From: Candidatus Oxydemutatoraceae bacterium
GTDB taxonomy: Bacteria > Pseudomonadota > Gammaproteobacteria > Poriferisulfidales > Oxydemutatoraceae
Assembly: GCA_965219575.1 (NCBI GenBank)
Contig: OZ244779.1
Coordinates: 1,676,769 to 1,740,768, forward strand
DNA length: 64,000 nucleotides
Direction of reading: 5' to 3'
This document shows, piece by piece, positions 53,201 through 56,200 of the stretch. The notes beneath the pieces are model-generated. The model did not search any database. It saw only the letters and a list, made by a program, of their open reading frames with translations, and was not told the DNA's origin. The translations under genes were made by a program, and so were the position numbers. Numbering within the stretch: position 1 is the first letter of the stretch; each line of letters opens with the position of its first letter.

Positions 53201-56200
53201 GAGGGAACCTTGTGCATAACTATTGACGACTTCACTACTATTCTCTAAACTCCCCACCAATGTTCCCGCATTATTATCACTATTGTTTGTGGTGACATCG
53301 GCAACCGCATAACTATTGATAATCCTAGAGGCTTGTACATGACCGACCAACCCGGCAACATGAGGCATGCCGCTGGTAATTCTACCGGTGGCATAGCTGT
53401 TGATAATCAGACCATTCTGCGACATCCGCCCGACCAAAATAGCGGAAGCACCGAGTCCACTAGAAATGTTCGAGGAGCGGACTATATCCATGAACGCACC
53501 GCTGTTGATAATCTCTCCGCCTAAGTTCTCGGCAACCAAACCGCCTATTAGATTACTTGCCGTGCCGGCGGCGGTTATTTCACCCTGCACATAGCAATTA
53601 ACGACCGCGCCGCTATTGATTACCGCTAGAGCGGAGAGTCTTTGACTAATCGACGGCGATCCCGCTATCTCTAGACCTGCTATGCGGAGGTTGCGTATCA
53701 CACCCGAGTTGGCGGAGAATAAACCCTTGTCACCGGTTGCCGCATTATTCATTTGTAAATTGTGGAGCGTGTTGCGGTTGCCTTCGAAAGTGCCGGTGAA
53801 CGGAGTGCTACGATCTCCTATCGCGATCCAGCCGACATCGTCGGACGCAGTAAAGTCGGATACCGTCCATAACGCTCTGTTAAGATGCCGGTTGCGATAG
53901 CTGTCGTTGTCTTCGAAATCCAAGTCTCTCATCAGTTCGTAGCCGAAGCAACCGCTGTCGGGACACCCGCCGGTCACCTCGCTTGTCGCCGTGCTTTCCC
54001 TATAACCGCTACCGGATAGCTCGTAGCGGATTGCGTTCAACGCTTCCAAATCGTAAAGCTCTATCAGACCGTCGTGATCTTTATCTACGATCGCAGTCGG
54101 TGTCTGCGCTGTTAGGGTGTTATCGTAGCCTTGCCGGTCTATATAGTATATTTGCAGGCGGTAGCGCACATTGCCTAATTCGTGGGTGGTCGTATCGAAT
54201 GTCGCATCGGTCGCGCCGTCTATGCCGATCCAGCTATCCGCTTCACCGGTTTCGCTGAATTGCCATTGGTATAGCCGACCTTGTTCGGCAATCGAGCCGA
54301 CACCGTCGGCATCCGCGGCGATGACTTCCTCAAAACCCGGCGAGTGCAATAACGAAGTGCCGTTCACGAAGGCTAGAGGTGCCAAAACCGGACTGCCGTT
54401 ATCCACTTTGGCGACGACGAGCTGCTCGGAGCCTACACCGCGATTGCCGAAGCGACCGTCGCTTAGCTCCACACGCAGTGTTGCAATACGCCCGGTTTCG
54501 GTTATTGATGCCACGAAATCGCCGGCTATTGTTAGATCGAAGTCGGGTTGGTTTATGGTGATGCCGGTGTCTAGACCGTCCATCAACAGCGGCATTTGCG
54601 GTGCGGTTTGTCTCCACATGTAAGATAAGGGAACGCGCGCATCGGTGTTGCTTGCCACATTCAAACGTACCGTTTGACCTTCTCGCACCTGCCTGTTGCT
54701 CGGATCTACCGTCACGCTCACAGCGAGACTGCGGAGGATTTGCACACTATAATTTCGGGCAACGATTAGCTTGGTCGCGGCAGGTGTCGCATCGAGGTTA
54801 ATCGATAGATCGTTATCGCTACCGGTGACCGTAATTGGGTTGGCTTCGTCGCCGACTTTTAAGACCGTGAATGTAGCATCGCCATCGCTTGCGGCAACAT
54901 CCAAGCTAATCGCAGCCGGGTTGTCGCCTACCACCACATAGTAGTTGTTAATCTCGGGGTCGAACTCGGGAACCAATGTGAAGCCACCGTTGACCGCTAG
55001 GGTGGCTATGCGAACGAATTGTTGCCTTAGGGCAATGCCGTCGGCATCGCGCAGTATCGGGTATTCGGTGGTGGAACCGAAATTCCAGTCGTTGCGACTC
55101 CACAGATAAAAAGCATCGGATACATTCTCGCCGTCTGCAACCGCTGCCTTGAGATCGGCAATACCGCGACCACCGTCGCTCGTCGTGATGCCGGCTTCGG
55201 TGGTATCCCAATAGCTACGCACTACGCTGCCCGAATTAATACCGACCAAGCCACCGACATCGTCGCCGCTGCCGATCACTCGCCTCACTCGCCCGGCAGC
55301 ATAAGCGGTGCGAACCTCGCCGCTGTTCTCGCCGACCAAACCGCCGACGCGATCGGCACCGACGACCGAACTCGACGCATAGCACAGTTCCACCGTGCCA
55401 CCGTTCCTACCGACCAAACCGCCGACTCTATCGACACCGGAAACCTGCGGGTTGACGGCATAGCTACTGCGTATCATTCCATTGTCGGCTCTGCCGACCA
55501 AACCACCGACATCGTTGACATCGTTGTCTATGCCGGGGTCGTCGCTGTTGTCTCCTACGACCGAACCTGTCGCATAGCCGAACATAATACTGCCGCCGAA
55601 CAAATAACCGACCAGACCACCGACGCCGAAACCGCTACCTCGTATATCGCCGGTCGCATAGCTGTTTTCAATTCGGCTGTTCTCGGCACTGCCGACCAAA
55701 CCACCGACATTCGAAACACCTGTTACATTTGCAAGTGCATAACTGTCGTTGATCGTGCCTTCGTTATTCATCCCGATCAAACCACCGACCGCAGTGTTGC
55801 CGACGACCACGCCGCTCGTGAAACTATTGATGATGACACTCCCGGTTTGGTCTACAGTACCGATCAACCCGCCGACATTGTCGCTACCGTCGATGCCGAT
55901 TTCGGTTGCCGAACAGTCGGCTAGGCGCTCGCTCGCATAAAAACCGATTAAACCACCGACATGTGTATTGCCGGAAACCTCCATATCGTTTGTCGTGCTG
56001 TCGGTAATCGTATTGTCGCTGTAGCCGACCAAACCGCCGATGTAGTTGACCCCGCCAACCGCACCGCTTGCCGAATTATCGGTCAAGCGGAAGGTCTGCA
56101 GACTATCGGCTGCGATAACTTCTTCGGACGACGGACAACGACGGCTGCCGGTGATGCTCAAACACGCATAGCCGATCAAACCGCCGGCATAATCGCCGGC